Shown piece after piece: positions 30,799 to 44,230 of a DNA stretch of 64,000 nucleotides (position 1 is its first letter; each line of letters starts with the position of its first letter). The notes beneath the pieces were generated by a model, which saw nothing but the letters and a program-made list of their open reading frames with translations, was not told where the DNA came from and searched no databases. The DNA lies in assembly GCA_964016885.1 (NCBI GenBank), contig OZ024743.1:309132001-309196000 (forward strand), given 5' to 3'. The stretch is from Eledone cirrhosa (Eukaryota). The translations under genes and the position numbers were made by a program.

Positions 30799-31499
30799 TC
30801 TCTCTCTCTATATATATATATACTATTTCTCTTCGGTCATAGCTATCTAAATGGCCTCAATGCTGCGTCCACGCTGTTTCGGTGGCTTTTGTTCCGTTTG
30901 CGCCCGTATTGTTCGATAGGGAACGATCGAAAGTTTAAATCTAAATATAAACTCTTTAAAACAAACGGCTTGGTATTCAAGTGATTAGGTATGAAAAGGA
31001 TTAGTGTATTTTGAAGTGTGATATGGTGTATAAAGCTGATTTCTAACACCGACCTGTCGTCTTGGAAGCTGATTTGTCCCACTTATAAAAATATGAAAAT
31101 TCATGATTGTTTTTTTTTGAAACAGGTTTCCGTCACATGCCTATCTTCCACTTTATCTAGCTCATTTAAAATACAGCCGATTGAATTAAGAAAAATATCA
31201 GATATTTGATATTCAAGTATCATAAAACATTACTTGCAGTCTCATTCTAAATAAACATAAATACTATATATAAGAAGATGTAAGATGCTCAAGCCCCAAA
31301 AATAACTACATTTACAGTCAGTTGTTATAGAATAGCTTATAAAAATTGGGTAATAACCATCTAGAGACAGAAAAATATTGTCAGTGACTGACTGTAATTA
31401 CAGTTATTTTCTGCGCTTGATCATCCTACATATTGTAAATTTATTTTCTGCGCACTTCGTACGTTCTGAAATTCGAATTTTAAACACATAGGTAACATT

Positions 31500-31720
31500 C
31501 GATTGACAAAATCCCAGACCTCATTCACTTAACGAGTGGAGTGGAACTCATCAAATCGGACCGAAGAAACAATGTTTCCATTGGGCTTTCCAATTGCTAC
31601 TACAGAAGAAGCAACGTCAAATAAAGTGTCTTGCTCGAGGACATAACGCATCCCCTGGCTGGGAATCGAAATCACAAGCTCATGATTGCGAATCCAATTC
31701 TCTAACTCCTTAGCCACACG
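31500..31720 (-). mobile_element. tRNA-derived SINE
   Basis: A-box gtggctaaggagttagag, B-box gatttcgattccc; homologous to 36070-36310. Confidence 0.75.
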
Positions 31721-32094
31721 CTATAAACACCATTAAACTAGTAAGTAATCACTGAAACATAAATGTAACGTATGTTATGATTATATCAATTGATAGAAAC
31801 TTTGAAGAAGATGATGGGAATGGAGCCAGTGATGAAAGTTGCGAAGTGAGATGGAGTGAAATAGTTAGGTCAAGGAAGAGGGAACCAAGGGTGACATAAC
31901 TAAAGATTAGGAAGAAGAAAATGAAAGACAAGTGCAGACGTTAGGACAAAATGGGGTTTACAAGGGTAACTTCTGCTTTAACAGGGAAAATGGTATTGGA
32001 ACTCTTATTATAGTTGTTGTATAATATTTCGTAGGCATAATTACATCTTCAAGTAGATGCTTCACATACATTCAGCTTTGGTGAACATAACCCT

Positions 32095-32420
32095 AGCCAG
32101 GCGTTGATGTCATCAGACGGTGTCCAACATTCATTGGTTGTTTCGACCCTCAACCGTAATGATCTCTAACTGGTGGGTCAGTAGTGATGTCTAACTTACT
32201 GCTCATCTTCCCCTCCTGGCTTCCAGCCTATCTCCTCTCTCCTGCTCCAAAACCAACAAGAGGCCCTTTCTGCTACTCTCCCTCATCCTGCAAACTGAAG
32301 CCTCGTTCTCTCTTCCTGTTATTCCAATGGTGGTGAGCATTCTCCATAGTGAATGAGTCGGAAATCCCTTGCAGTCCATCTTCACTGGAACCAGCCAGGC
32401 CTGTCAATCATTCTCCCTAC
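32095..32420 (-). mobile_element. 3' end of an RLE-type LINE (R2/NeSL-like)
   Basis: WLVPVKMDCKGF matches the PVEVGCRGF endonuclease motif. Confidence 0.6.
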
Positions 32421-32449
32421 AAATAATTAATGTCTCGTATCCTTTACAG

Positions 32450-32563
32450 CTGCTGCTGATGTTGCCAATGAGAGCCCTCATCCGAAATGTTATGTACTGT
32501 TAAATGAAGACCCACCTAAACCTGGCTATGGGATTTGTGCTGTTTATGAAAAAATCAGTGCCT
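32450..32563 (+). CDS. Exon 4 (AAADVANESPHPKCYVLLNEDPPKPGYGICAVYEKISA, 2 Cys)
   Basis: Acceptor cctttacag|, donor T|gtaagt, 114 bp, phase 1-1, open frame. Confidence 0.78.
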
Positions 32564-32844
32564 GTAAGTTGTGTAAATATTCTGCATTGACTAGCACACT
32601 CACAAACACACACACACACACACACAGACGCACACACACATATACACCCGTACACACACGGCCATACACACACACCCAGGCACACACAGACACACACACA
32701 TAAAAACACCCACACATACATACATACATAGAGAGAGACACACACACACTCATACACAGCCATATGCCCCTACACACACATACATTTATCTAAAATGGCT
32801 TTCATAACTGAATTGCTAAAACAATTCCACACACTCGACAATTC

Positions 32845-32886
<42 letters not shown>

Positions 32887-32934
32887 CGCACACACACACG
32901 CACACACACACACATATATATATATAAGCAAATA

Positions 32935-33500
32935 TTAGAGAGGAAAAAGAGTTTTTCAGTAGAAAATGCAGAAGAGATTCTTTCAGTATAATATCAAAAC
33001 ATTTATTTATAAAGTGGATATTACGCATTTAATAATACCGGTTTCAGAATTATATGCTTTTTAAACTGCGGATTTGCAAAATGTAGTTATGTTGCATATT
33101 TATACGAATAATAAAAATAAAAAGGTGAAGAAAAATGATTAGTTTTTACATACACATTTAGAGAGAAAACTTCATATTTCTGTCCGTCTTTGTCCTTCTT
33201 TCTCTGACAGTCAGCCAACTAACAGAGAAGGAAGGACAAACACGGTTAGAGATATGAACTTTCCTCTCTAAACATGTACTGTATGTAAAAACTAATAATT
33301 TTTCTCTCCCTTTATTTTTATTATAAATATGCAACATAGCTACATTATGCATATCCGCAGTTGAAAAGGCATATAATGCTGAAACCGGTATTATTAAATG
33401 CGAAAATATCCACTTTATAAATAAATAAATAAATGTTTTGATATTATACTGATAGAATCTCTTCAGCCTTTTCTACTGAAAAAATCTTTTTTCTCTTTAC
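32935..33500. repeat. ~560-bp imperfect rod-like hairpin with U3:A8 hammerhead at 33357-33394 (+) and a degenerate mirror copy
   Basis: gcag TTGAAAA ggcat-ata-atgct GAAAC CG GTA ttat; arms complementary to a centre near 33210. Confidence 0.75.
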
Positions 33501-33555
33501 TATTTATTTTTATATATATCAACTCGTGTGTTATTTTCCCACATTACACACACAC

Positions 33556-34021
<466 letters not shown>

Positions 34022-34152
34022 ATATGTATATATATGTGTATATATTATATATATGTGTATATATATATATATATATAGATAGATATATATATATATAGAT
34101 AGATATATACGATATATTAACAAATGGAAACTATATTTATAAAACCATATTT

Positions 34153-34215
34153 ATTTCATTATACATATTTCGAGGACACCAAGTTAAATTATGGTGTGCT
34201 TTCATCAGATAAAAT
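34153..34215 (-). ncRNA. Type I hammerhead (AUA family) in a short fold-back element 34110-34380
   Basis: attttat CTGATGA aagcacacca..tggtgtcctc GAAAT ATGT ATA atgaaat. Confidence 0.8.
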
Positions 34216-34373
34216 ATAATATAGATCAGTTTTATAAATAAATATTGACATACCCTTAAATATAGTTTCCATTTGTTAATATATCGTATTTTTACTCCAA
34301 TAATTTGTTGAGTTCTTTAGATCAGTTATAAAGATATTTGCTTGTTGTATCCCAACAATTTAAATAGAACTTC

Positions 34374-34404
<31 letters not shown>

Positions 34405-34410
<6 letters not shown>

Positions 34411-35546
34411 ATATCAGAGTGTCATGTTTGTGGACGCCACCCCTGGAGGGAAATTAGCTAACCAGTGTAGAAAGGCCCTGAGAAAGACCCACTTAAAAAT
34501 AAAGGTGGTAGAAAAGCCAGGAACCACCATAAAATCCCTGATCAGCAAAACCTACCCTTTTAAGAAAACCCACTGTACCAATAGGAAATGTATCATATGT
34601 AAGGTGAACCCCCGGATAAACTGTAAAACTAGAAACGTAGTCTATAGCATAAGATGTACAGAGGGTACTTGCAGAAACACGACAACAACATACATAGGTG
34701 AGACAGCTCGTAGCATAGGTGAAAGGATAGACTAACACTGGGGGGAACTAAAAGGACGAAAAAACGGGTCAGTACTATACGAACATGCTAGACAACAACA
34801 TGACGGTAACATAGACAACATAGAAATTAGAATAATATCTAAACATAGGAATGACCCAGCAGATAGGCAAATCAGAGAGGCCAGTGAAATAGAAATTAGA
34901 AGACCAAAGCTAAACAGAAAGAATGAGTGGAACAACAACAACACCCAAACAAACAACACTGACCTAAGAGAAGTATAAATAAATAAGTAAATTAAATTAA
35001 ATAAAATAAGATAAATAAATACATACACAAGCACATAAACACACACTAGTCACCCAGCAGACACAACACTATACACACTAGTCACACATCACACATAACA
35101 CTATACACACACGCAAACGCATGCGCAAAGAAGACAAAATAAAATAAGATAAACAAACAAGCAAATAAATAAATAAATATATAGACAGACTGAACAAAAA
35201 AAATGGCGTAGACATACAACACAACAGGAGGAACAATGAATATAACACCACTGACGATGTTGCAGATGTGCAACGAAAGATTTATGTAAATTATGTAAAC
35301 TATATATATATGTGTTTGTCTATATTGTATCTGTATTATTTTTGACCGCCGGTCAGTCAATGGCAACATTGAGGACCGAGTAAGTTAGATCGCAGATATA
35401 TATATATAAAAGACAGCGAGAAGCGAAAACCAACCAAACAGTGAGTGTGTTCTGTTATTAATTCTGGCAATATTACGCAAATATGACCCTCCCCAAATAT
35501 AACAATATGTGTTTCGACACACGATTTCATATAAAAAACCTCGCAA

Positions 35547-35550
<4 letters not shown>
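34405..35550 (+). mobile_element. Penelope-like 3' fragment (copy of 17935-19620)
   Basis: ORF 34406-34735 near-identical GIY-YIG; HHR-like motif 35246-35290; flanked by (TA)n. Confidence 0.85.
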
Positions 35551-35597
<47 letters not shown>

Positions 35598-35693
35598 TAT
35601 ATATATATACGTTATTCCGGGTTGAATCGGAGGTAACCACAGTAAGTAAGGTACTCAATACATAGCAGAGTATAAAAGTTTTAATATAGATGA

Positions 35694-35795
35694 GATTCTA
35701 CAGGACTAGAACTGTTTCATTCATTAGAAATCATCAGGAATCTCCTGATTCCTGATGATTTCTAATGAATGAAACAGTTCTAGTCCTGTAGAATC
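35694..35795. ncRNA. Back-to-back pair of complete type I hammerheads (- 35694-35742, + 35747-35795)
   Basis: gattc CTGATGA tttc-taat-gaat GAAA CAG-ttctagtc-CTG TA gaatc on both strands. Confidence 0.85.
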
Positions 35796-35826
<31 letters not shown>

Positions 35827-36069
35827 TATATCAGATTGTCTAGTGACTCTCTGGACAGCCTGTATTTACATACACAGGACAACACATTCATTTTTTCAAA
35901 TGTCTTGTTTTGAGGCCCTTTAACAGTTTTCCTTATTTTTGTTATTGTTTGTTGCTAGTGTTGTTTACTATTGTGGTTGTTGTTGTTGTTGTTGTTGTTT
36001 ACTGTTGTTTACTGTTTACTGTTGTTGTTGTTGTTGTCATTTATAAATATATTTATGATCATTTATGAA

Positions 36070-36310
36070 GGCACGTGGCTGAGTGGTTAGAGAATTGGAT
36101 TCCCAATCGTGAGGTTGTGATTTCGATTCCCGGACCGGGCGATGCGTTATGTCCTTGGGCAAGACACTTTATTTCACGTTGCTCTTTCTGCCTGGATTTG
36201 CGACCGACAGGTAGTATTAGCAATTAGAAAGACCGATGGAAGCATTGTTTCCTCGGTCCGATTTGACAAGCTCCACTCTGCTAAGCGAATGGGGTTGGGA
36301 ACCTGTCGAT
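36070..36310 (+). mobile_element. tRNA-derived SINE
   Basis: gtggctgagtggttagag...gatttcgattcccggaccggg...tccttgggcaagacac. Confidence 0.8.
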
Positions 36311-36391
36311 CAACTGATATATATGATCATTTTATTCGTTTATACGTTGTGGTAATAACTGAATGTGATCAGAAATATTGTTTTATTTCAG

Positions 36392-36465
36392 TGAAACCTG
36401 TACAAAGATTGAGAGGTCCTAATGTTGGTGATTTGGACATTAATCATTTAGAATTACCAAATTAG
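36392..36465 (+). CDS. Exon 5, last coding exon (LKPVQRLRGPNVGDLDINHLELPN*)
   Basis: Acceptor ttttatttcag|, phase 1, TAG stop, AATAAA near 36494 and 36575; joined CDS 399 nt. Confidence 0.7.
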
Positions 36466-37136
36466 CTTTGAAAATGTGCATTCATTCTACAAGAAATAAA
36501 ATGTGTTAAGCAAAAGCTAAATTGATATTAAATCGAATATTCCTTACTTCCAATGAAATGTAACACATTTTGGTAATAAAATATTTCTTGAAAATACAAA
36601 ATTGTCATATTTTTCTTGTATCAATAAGCAGGTATTTTTTTTTCGTTCTGTCATTATAAGTAGGCGGTAATATCAGTTCAATAATTTCATTTTACAGACA
36701 TTTTTTTTTATCAATTACGATCATTTTATTTCCTATTTTCTTTAATCCTTATAAAACATGATTTAATTTTTGACATTAAAAAAAAAAAAATGTTCTATAT
36801 TTACATATTTCAAATTTCCTAGATACATGGAAGGGCGATAGAGTGATGTACCTGCATGATGCGTTATTTGCTTTTCGTTTACTAATAAATCATTCGGAAT
36901 TTACAGATAAATTTTTTTCATTTTACTTAGAAGAAAATGTTTACGAAAAAACATTACAAAAATCTATTAAAATGTAATTGATATCTATATAACACACACA
37001 TATATATAATCTCCATATATATATATACATATATATATTTAGATAAGTTATATCGGGTTCAACCGGGAGTAACCACAGTAAGTAAGGTTCTCAATACATA
37101 GGAGAGTATACATATTTAATATATAATATAGAAATG

Positions 37137-37193
37137 GATTCTACAGGACTAGAACTGTTTCATTCAGGAGAAATCATCAGGAAGTCCTGATAT
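37137..37193 (-). ncRNA. Type I hammerhead, same family as 35694-35795
   Basis: ttc CTGATGA tttctcctgaat GAAA CAG-ttctagtc-CTG TA gaatc. Confidence 0.75.
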
Positions 37194-37769
37194 ATATATA
37201 TATTGAAAGTCTGCTGTAGTGGGATCGGGAAGACCACAAATCAAAGAAGTACTCGATACATGGTATGATGCAGAATGGGTATATATTTACTAATACACAC
37301 ACACACACAGACACGCACGCATGTCTATATATATACAAATATATAAACATATATATATATATCAAATTATAAAATAAGAGGAAATAATAGACAAAAATAT
37401 ACCTATGTTTCGCTGATTCATATGCGGCAATTGTGTATCATAAACATGCACCATCGTTGTCAAGCCAATCAGCTTGTCAAGGCACCTCAGAGAAAAGGAC
37501 TGTTTTCCAGATGCGTTTGTAGCAAATGAGAAAATCTCAGAGGGAGGAATTAACACGTGATACATCGGCCAAGAAAAAGGATTGTATAGCAAGTGAAAAT
37601 ATCTCAGAAGGCGGAGGGAGAAATTAATACACGATACAGAGGTTACAGGTAGAAAGGTGGACAGACAGTGACTATCGTATTTGCTAGAGAAAGCAGTTAG
37701 TACACTTTCAGGTTAACTCGACCACACATATATATATATACACACACACACACATATATATATATATAA

Positions 37770-40620
37770 GAGAGTATTGAAGTTTGCTTGAAGCATTGTG
37801 GAACAATAAGTAAATATTTATAAGTCGTTTGGAAGCCTCGACAATGCAAATGGGTAAATCTCCGGGTAACAAGGTCCGCTGGTGGAGAGAGAGATATGTA
37901 AGTGGGTGTACGTTGAGATGCGTGGTGTGTATAAGATGTGTGAGATGTGTAGAATGAAGAGAAGAGTAAAAGAATAAAAATAATAATAACAACACAAGAG
38001 AGAGAGTTACCTTGGGAGAGATTTAATAGTCCCTATATATTTCGGATTCACATCCATCAACTGGGGTTTTTTCCGGGGTGGGGGAAAAGGTTGTCTGTCG
38101 GACAACTCGGAACGCGTCTTTCGCTGTCTGTTGATTTGAATATCTGAGGTATTCGGCCGAGCGCGCGTGCGCATGAAATGGGGCGGTCGTACAGAGGTCA
38201 GCGGCCGAATGAGGGAGTGGGATGGCGCTAGCTGTCAGTCCATTCTCTGCCTGTTTGTTAAATGTTACTGTGTGTGTGTGTGTGCGTGTGTTGTTGTCTC
38301 GCTTGAGTGTGTGTGTGTGTGTGTGTGCGTGTGTTGTTGCCTTGTTCATCTGCATTGGCAGTGTAGTATGTTCGTATGGTGGAATGCTACTGTGTGTGTG
38401 TGTGCGTGTGTGTGTGTGTGTAGTTGTCTCGTTTGCGTGTGTGTGCGTGTGTTGTGTGTTGTTGCATCGCTTGTTAACTTAGATACAACCTCCTCACGAG
38501 GAACAGCAGACTACCCGCCTTCTACCACCTCGTGAAAACACACAAACAGGGACCCGACCTGAAAATCAGGCCCATCGTATCGAGCGTGGAGGGACCACTC
38601 TACAAAATTTCATGGCTCCTAGCCAGAATACTCAAACCCATCTTAGACACCTTGCCGGGACACGTTAACAGCTCCGAGGAGGTGTTGAAGCGCCTGCATC
38701 AAATGGATCCCGACACCAGAAAGAATAACAGATATGCCTTCAGCCTTGATGTAGTCGCTCTCTACACCTCGGTCCCGGCACTCCCGGCCGTCAATATACT
38801 AATGGAACGCGTTCAATCCACCGACCTACACTGCTTCGGGCTCACCACTACTGACAGCCACCAACTCCTATCCATCGTCGTCGACAACACCTACTTCGGA
38901 TTCCTTGACCAAATATACCAACAAACCTCGGGATTGCCCATGGGATCAAGTCTATCAGGTGTGCTAGCGATCTCCTACATGGACAACCTCGAACGAAAGG
39001 CTCTCAACGCCTGCCACCCCAACGCCGTAGCCTTTTTCTCAAGATACGTGGACGATATCCTCATCCTCACATCTTCCCAAGACACGGCGAACAGAATCTA
39101 TGAGACGTTCAACAACACGGACGAGAACATTGACTTCAGTGTTGAACACCCAACGAAGACGGGTCACTTGCCCTCCTCGACTTCCGAATCAACATCACGG
39201 AACAAGGAGGGATCCACTGCAACTTCTACAGAAAGGCAGCCTACAGGGACCTATTCGTTCACTACAAGTCCGCCCTCCCTAACAGTGTCAAAAGAGGATA
39301 CATCACGAACGAGATCGCGCGAATCAAAAACAGATGCAGCGATCCCGCCAGTGGTGTCACTCATACCAAGCGATTCCTCGAGGTGCTGGAGACGAACGGG
39401 TACCCTACCTCGATCACAGACAGAATAGGAGACACCAGACGCAAGAGACAGAGACGCACCAAGGCAAGTGCTTCCTTAAAATGCCACACCTGGGCGAGAA
39501 AACCACCAACGCTATCCGCAAGGCTATACGGAGGGAGGGCCTCGACATCCACCTGGCCCACTCGGGCCCCTCCCTGCGAAGATGCCTCTCCAGAAAACCC
39601 GAAAAATCTACTGACGCATGCTCCCTCAGACACTGCCCGATACACCATGCTAACTGTTGCCTACGCACATACGTCGTGTATAAGATAGAATGTGACAGGT
39701 GCAACCAATACTACATAGGTAGCACAATTCGACCTTTGCACATCCGGATCAAGGAACACATTAAAACCAGGGCCTCGTCTTTCCGGAAACACATAGACAA
39801 ATGCGGAAACAAAGACGGAAGGCCCATTGTCACAATTCTAGCGACTGAAAGAAACGTCGGCACGTTACGTATTAAGGAAGCGCTTCTTATCAAACAACTG
39901 CAACCGCAAATAAACAACCGATTAGAGAGAAGCGAAATGAAATGGCTGGTTTAAGTTAACAAGCGATGCAACAACACACAACACACGCACACACACACAC
40001 ACGCAAACGAGACAACTACACACACACACACACGCACACACACACACAGTAGCATTCCACCATACGAACATACTACACTGCCAATACAGATGAACAAGGC
40101 AACAACACACGCACACACACACACACTCAAGCGAGACAACAACACACGCACACACACACACACAGTAACATTTAACAAACAGGCAGAGAATGGACTGACA
40201 GCTAGCGCCATCCCCATCCCACTCCCTCATTCGGCCGCTGACCTCTGTACGACCGCCCCATTTCACGCGCACGCGCGCTCGGCCGAATACCTCAGATATT
40301 CAAATCAACAGACAGCGAAAGACGCGTTCCGAGTTGTCCGACAGACAACCTTTTCCCCCACCCCGGAAAAAACCCCAGTTGATGGATGTGAATCCGAAAT
40401 ATATAGGGACTATTAAATCTCTCCCAATGTAACTCTCTCTCTTGTGTTGTTATTATTATTTTTATTCTTTTACTCTTCCCTTCATTCTACACATCTCACA
40501 CATCTTATACACACCACGCATCTCAACGTACACTCACTTACATATCTCTCTCTCCACCACCGGACCTTGTTACCCGGAGATTTACCCATTTGCATTGTCG
40601 AGGCTTCCAAACGACTTATA
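37770..40620 (+). mobile_element. Penelope-like element (5'-truncated) between ~660-bp inverted pLTRs
   Basis: RT ORF 38532-39428 (RPIVS, SLDVVALYTSVP, GLPMGS, RYVDD), GIY-YIG 39334-39954 (VVYKIEC..YYIGST..EALLI); arms ~37819-38481 and 39952-40619. Confidence 0.92.
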
Positions 40621-40639
40621 TATATATATATATATATAT

Positions 40640-41888
40640 TAACGTGTTTGCATTGTAACAGACAAAGTTAGCTATTAATGAAATAAACTAATTAAAGTGA
40701 ATACAATTTGTCTGTCTCGATATAAGTCAATAAAGACAAGCTTATATTGGCAAAGGCAAGCTTATATTGGCAATATAGTATATTGCTCCTTAACTGTAGA
40801 GCTGATCTTTAATCCCGCATAAACGGCTGTTATTTCTAGCACCGGGAATGCGGGACGGCTAATTTGGCCTGGCTGCACACGTGTAGTCAGACCTGCTAAA
40901 TTTTTGATGTGGAATATACTAATTTTACTGGGTTCCTGTTGATAAGCACAGAAGATTTGAATATTTCACTTTTTATTTCAATTCCATTTCGATTCTCTTT
41001 ATTTTTCAATTCACGTACCATCGTTGCGAAACATATTTAGGTTTCGAGGTTCAAATTCATCTACGGAGCAGGTTTGGATTTTGAAATTTAAATTTGTCCA
41101 GGAACCACCGCGTTTGCCAATATAAGCTTGTCTTTATTGACTTATATCGAGACAGACAAATTGTATTCACTTTAATTAGTTTATTTCATTAATAGCTAAC
41201 TTTGTCTGTTACAATGCAAACACGTTTTGTGTTTATCATATATTTTAATGGATTTAACTGCTCGGAAATGCCCCCTTTTCTTGGAGCTGAATTATTGTAA
41301 ACGACTGAGAGTTTATTCTCAAAATATAATACATTATATTGCTCCTTAACTGTATGGCTGATCTTTAATCCCGCATAAACGGCTGTTATTTCTAGCACCG
41401 GGAATGCGGGACGGCTAATTTGGCCTGGCTGCACACGTGTAGTCAGACCTGCTAAATTTTTGATGTGGAATATACTAATTTTAATGGGTTCCTGTTGATA
41501 AGCACAGAAGATTTGAATATTTCACTTTTTATTTCAATTCCATTTCGATTCTCTTTATTTTTCAATTCACGTACCATCGTTGCGAAACATATTTAGGTTT
41601 CGAGGTTCAAATTCATCTACGGAGCAGGTTTGGATTTTGAAATTTAAATTTGTCCAGGAACCACCGCGTTTGCCAATATAAGCTTGTCTTTATTGACTTA
41701 TATCGAGACAGACAAATTGTATTCACTTTAATTTGTTTATTTCATTAATAGCTAACTTTGTCTGTTACAATGCAAACACGTTTTGTGTTTATCATATATT
41801 TTAATGGATTTAACTGCTCGGAAATGCCCCTTTTCTTGGAGCTGAATTATTGTAAACGACTGAGAGTTTATTCTCAAAATATAATATA

Positions 41889-41890
<2 letters not shown>
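40640..41890 (+). mobile_element. 556-bp tandem dimer with inverted 5' arm, retrozyme-like
   Basis: Units start 40781 and 41337; 40641-40772 is an inverted copy; flanked by (TA)n; hammerhead-like folds 40931-41106 and 41487-41662. Confidence 0.8.
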
Positions 41891-41962
<72 letters not shown>

Positions 41963-41974
41963 ATATATATATAT

Positions 41975-43120
41975 AAGTATGTATACGTACATACATATAT
42001 TTATACAGACGTACAGTAGCATGAATATATATATACATACATGTACACATATATATATGTACGTATGGATTCTCCGAACATTTATTATAATGCTCGGTGT
42101 GTTTGTAAACAAACAACCCGAATTAAGCCGTACAGTGTCTAACAACCATCGTTGCTCATTTGTTCAACACTGACAAAGGAACGCTGTACTAGTTTCAAGC
42201 TTATTAGCTATCGTCAGCAACGTATACCTTCCTGCCAGATGGTTCAACGTCTGAAAGTATATACTTTCCTTATGCATATTAACGGCCGAGCAGCCTAATT
42301 TGCATATCGAGTGAGTTAATCGGCCGGGGTACCGAAAATGATAATCGGAAAAAATGAAACGAAATTTCATTTCTCGCTCTTAGTACGGCTGTTATTTAAA
42401 TATAAGTATGTATACGTACATATTTAAGTAACAGCCGTACTGAACAAATTAGCAACGATGCTTGCTAGACACTGTACGGCTTACTTCGGGTTGTTTGTTT
42501 ACAAACACACCGAGCATTATAATAAATGTTCGGTGAATCCATATGTACATATATATATGTGTGCATGTATATATATATACGTACTACTGTACGTCTGTAT
42601 ACATATATGTATGTACGTATACATACTTATATTTAAGTAACAGCCGTACTAAGAGTGAGAAATGAAATTTCGTTTCATTTTTTCCGTTTATCGTTTTCGG
42701 TACCCCGGGCGATTAACTCACTCGATATGCAAATTAGGCTGCTCAGCCGTTAATATGCATAAGGAAAGTTTATACTTTCAGACGTTCAATCATCTGGCAG
42801 GAAGGTATACGTTGCTGGCGATAGCTAATAAGCTTGAAACCAGTACAGCATTCCTTTGTCAGTGTTGAACAAATGAGCAACGATGGTTGCTAGACACTGT
42901 ACGGCTTAATTCGGGTTGTTTGTTTACAAACACACCGAGCATTATAATAAATGTTCGGAGAATCCATACGTACATATATATATGTGCATGTATGTATATA
43001 TATATACATACTACTGTACGTCTGTATACATATATGTATGTACGTATACATACATATATTTAAGTAACAGCAGTACTAAGAGTGAGAAATGAAATTTCGT
43101 TTCATTTTTTCCGTTTATAT
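41975..43120. mobile_element. 427-bp retrozyme-like repeat (one inverted copy, then partial-tandem direct copies)
   Basis: taagagtgagaaatg recurs at 42650 and 43077; HHRs at 42181-42223 (-) and 42809-42851 (+); third copy 56520-57060. Confidence 0.85.
42181..42223 (-). ncRNA. Minimal type I hammerhead
   Basis: acgttg CTGACGA tagct-aata-agctt GAAAC TA GTA cagcgt. Confidence 0.85.
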
Positions 43121-43143
43121 ATTTATATATATATATATATATA

Positions 43144-43215
43144 TAGAAAGATTTGAATGGATACAGTTTAGTTGAAAGTCCTTTCAACTAAACTGTATCC
43201 ATTCAAATCTTTCTA
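43144..43215. repeat. Perfect 35-bp-arm hairpin at the end of a (TA)n-inserted element
   Basis: tagaaagatttgaatggatacagtttagttgaaag-tc-ctttcaactaaactgtatccattcaaatctttcta. Confidence 0.9.
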
Positions 43216-43323
43216 TTTTTCTCCGGATTACTTTTGGAACTACAACTGGAACCGTCGAGCAAACTCTACGTGAGCTGTCAATCTACTGTATGTAATATTT
43301 ATATTACAATACAACGGAAAATA

Positions 43324-43397
<74 letters not shown>

Positions 43398-43856
43398 GGG
43401 ATAACAAGTCATAGCTTTAGGTAATCCAGTTAGAGGTTGTGAGTACTCTCTACTATGGATAGTTTTAAATTCATAATAAATTGAAGTGAAAACCAGAAGG
43501 TGCGTGTGTTTTTATGGCCGCATGACCCTTCCAAAGTATAACAATATATATACATAAATAATAGGGTCGGATGAAAAGTTCATAAGCTGAAAAAAATAAT
43601 CTGATCGAATGACCAAATGAAGATTATGTTTCAACATAGTCCCTGGAAAGAAACAATGGAGTTATTATTAATAATTTAGAAATTATTGTATGCAAGATTT
43701 CACAGCTCTAGCATCACTTCTCCATAGTCATCCTATGAACCTTTCAGCATACCCTCGTATATATATATATATATATATATATGAGTGCGTGTGTGCGTTT
43801 GTGTGTAAAAAGTAAACAGATATAACAAAGCATTCGACACAGTCCAGTGAAGAAAT

Positions 43857-44230
<374 letters not shown>

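Noticed and set aside
35338-35385. Hairpin ggtcagtcaatggcaacattgaggacc as an HDV-like or twister ribozyme
   Set aside because: Could not fit the required pseudoknots or catalytic residues
42662-42868. Recurrent 68-72-aa ORF (MKFRFIFS...) in three copies
   Set aside because: It overlaps the HHR repeat, its start differs between copies, and conservation is explained by the RNA element
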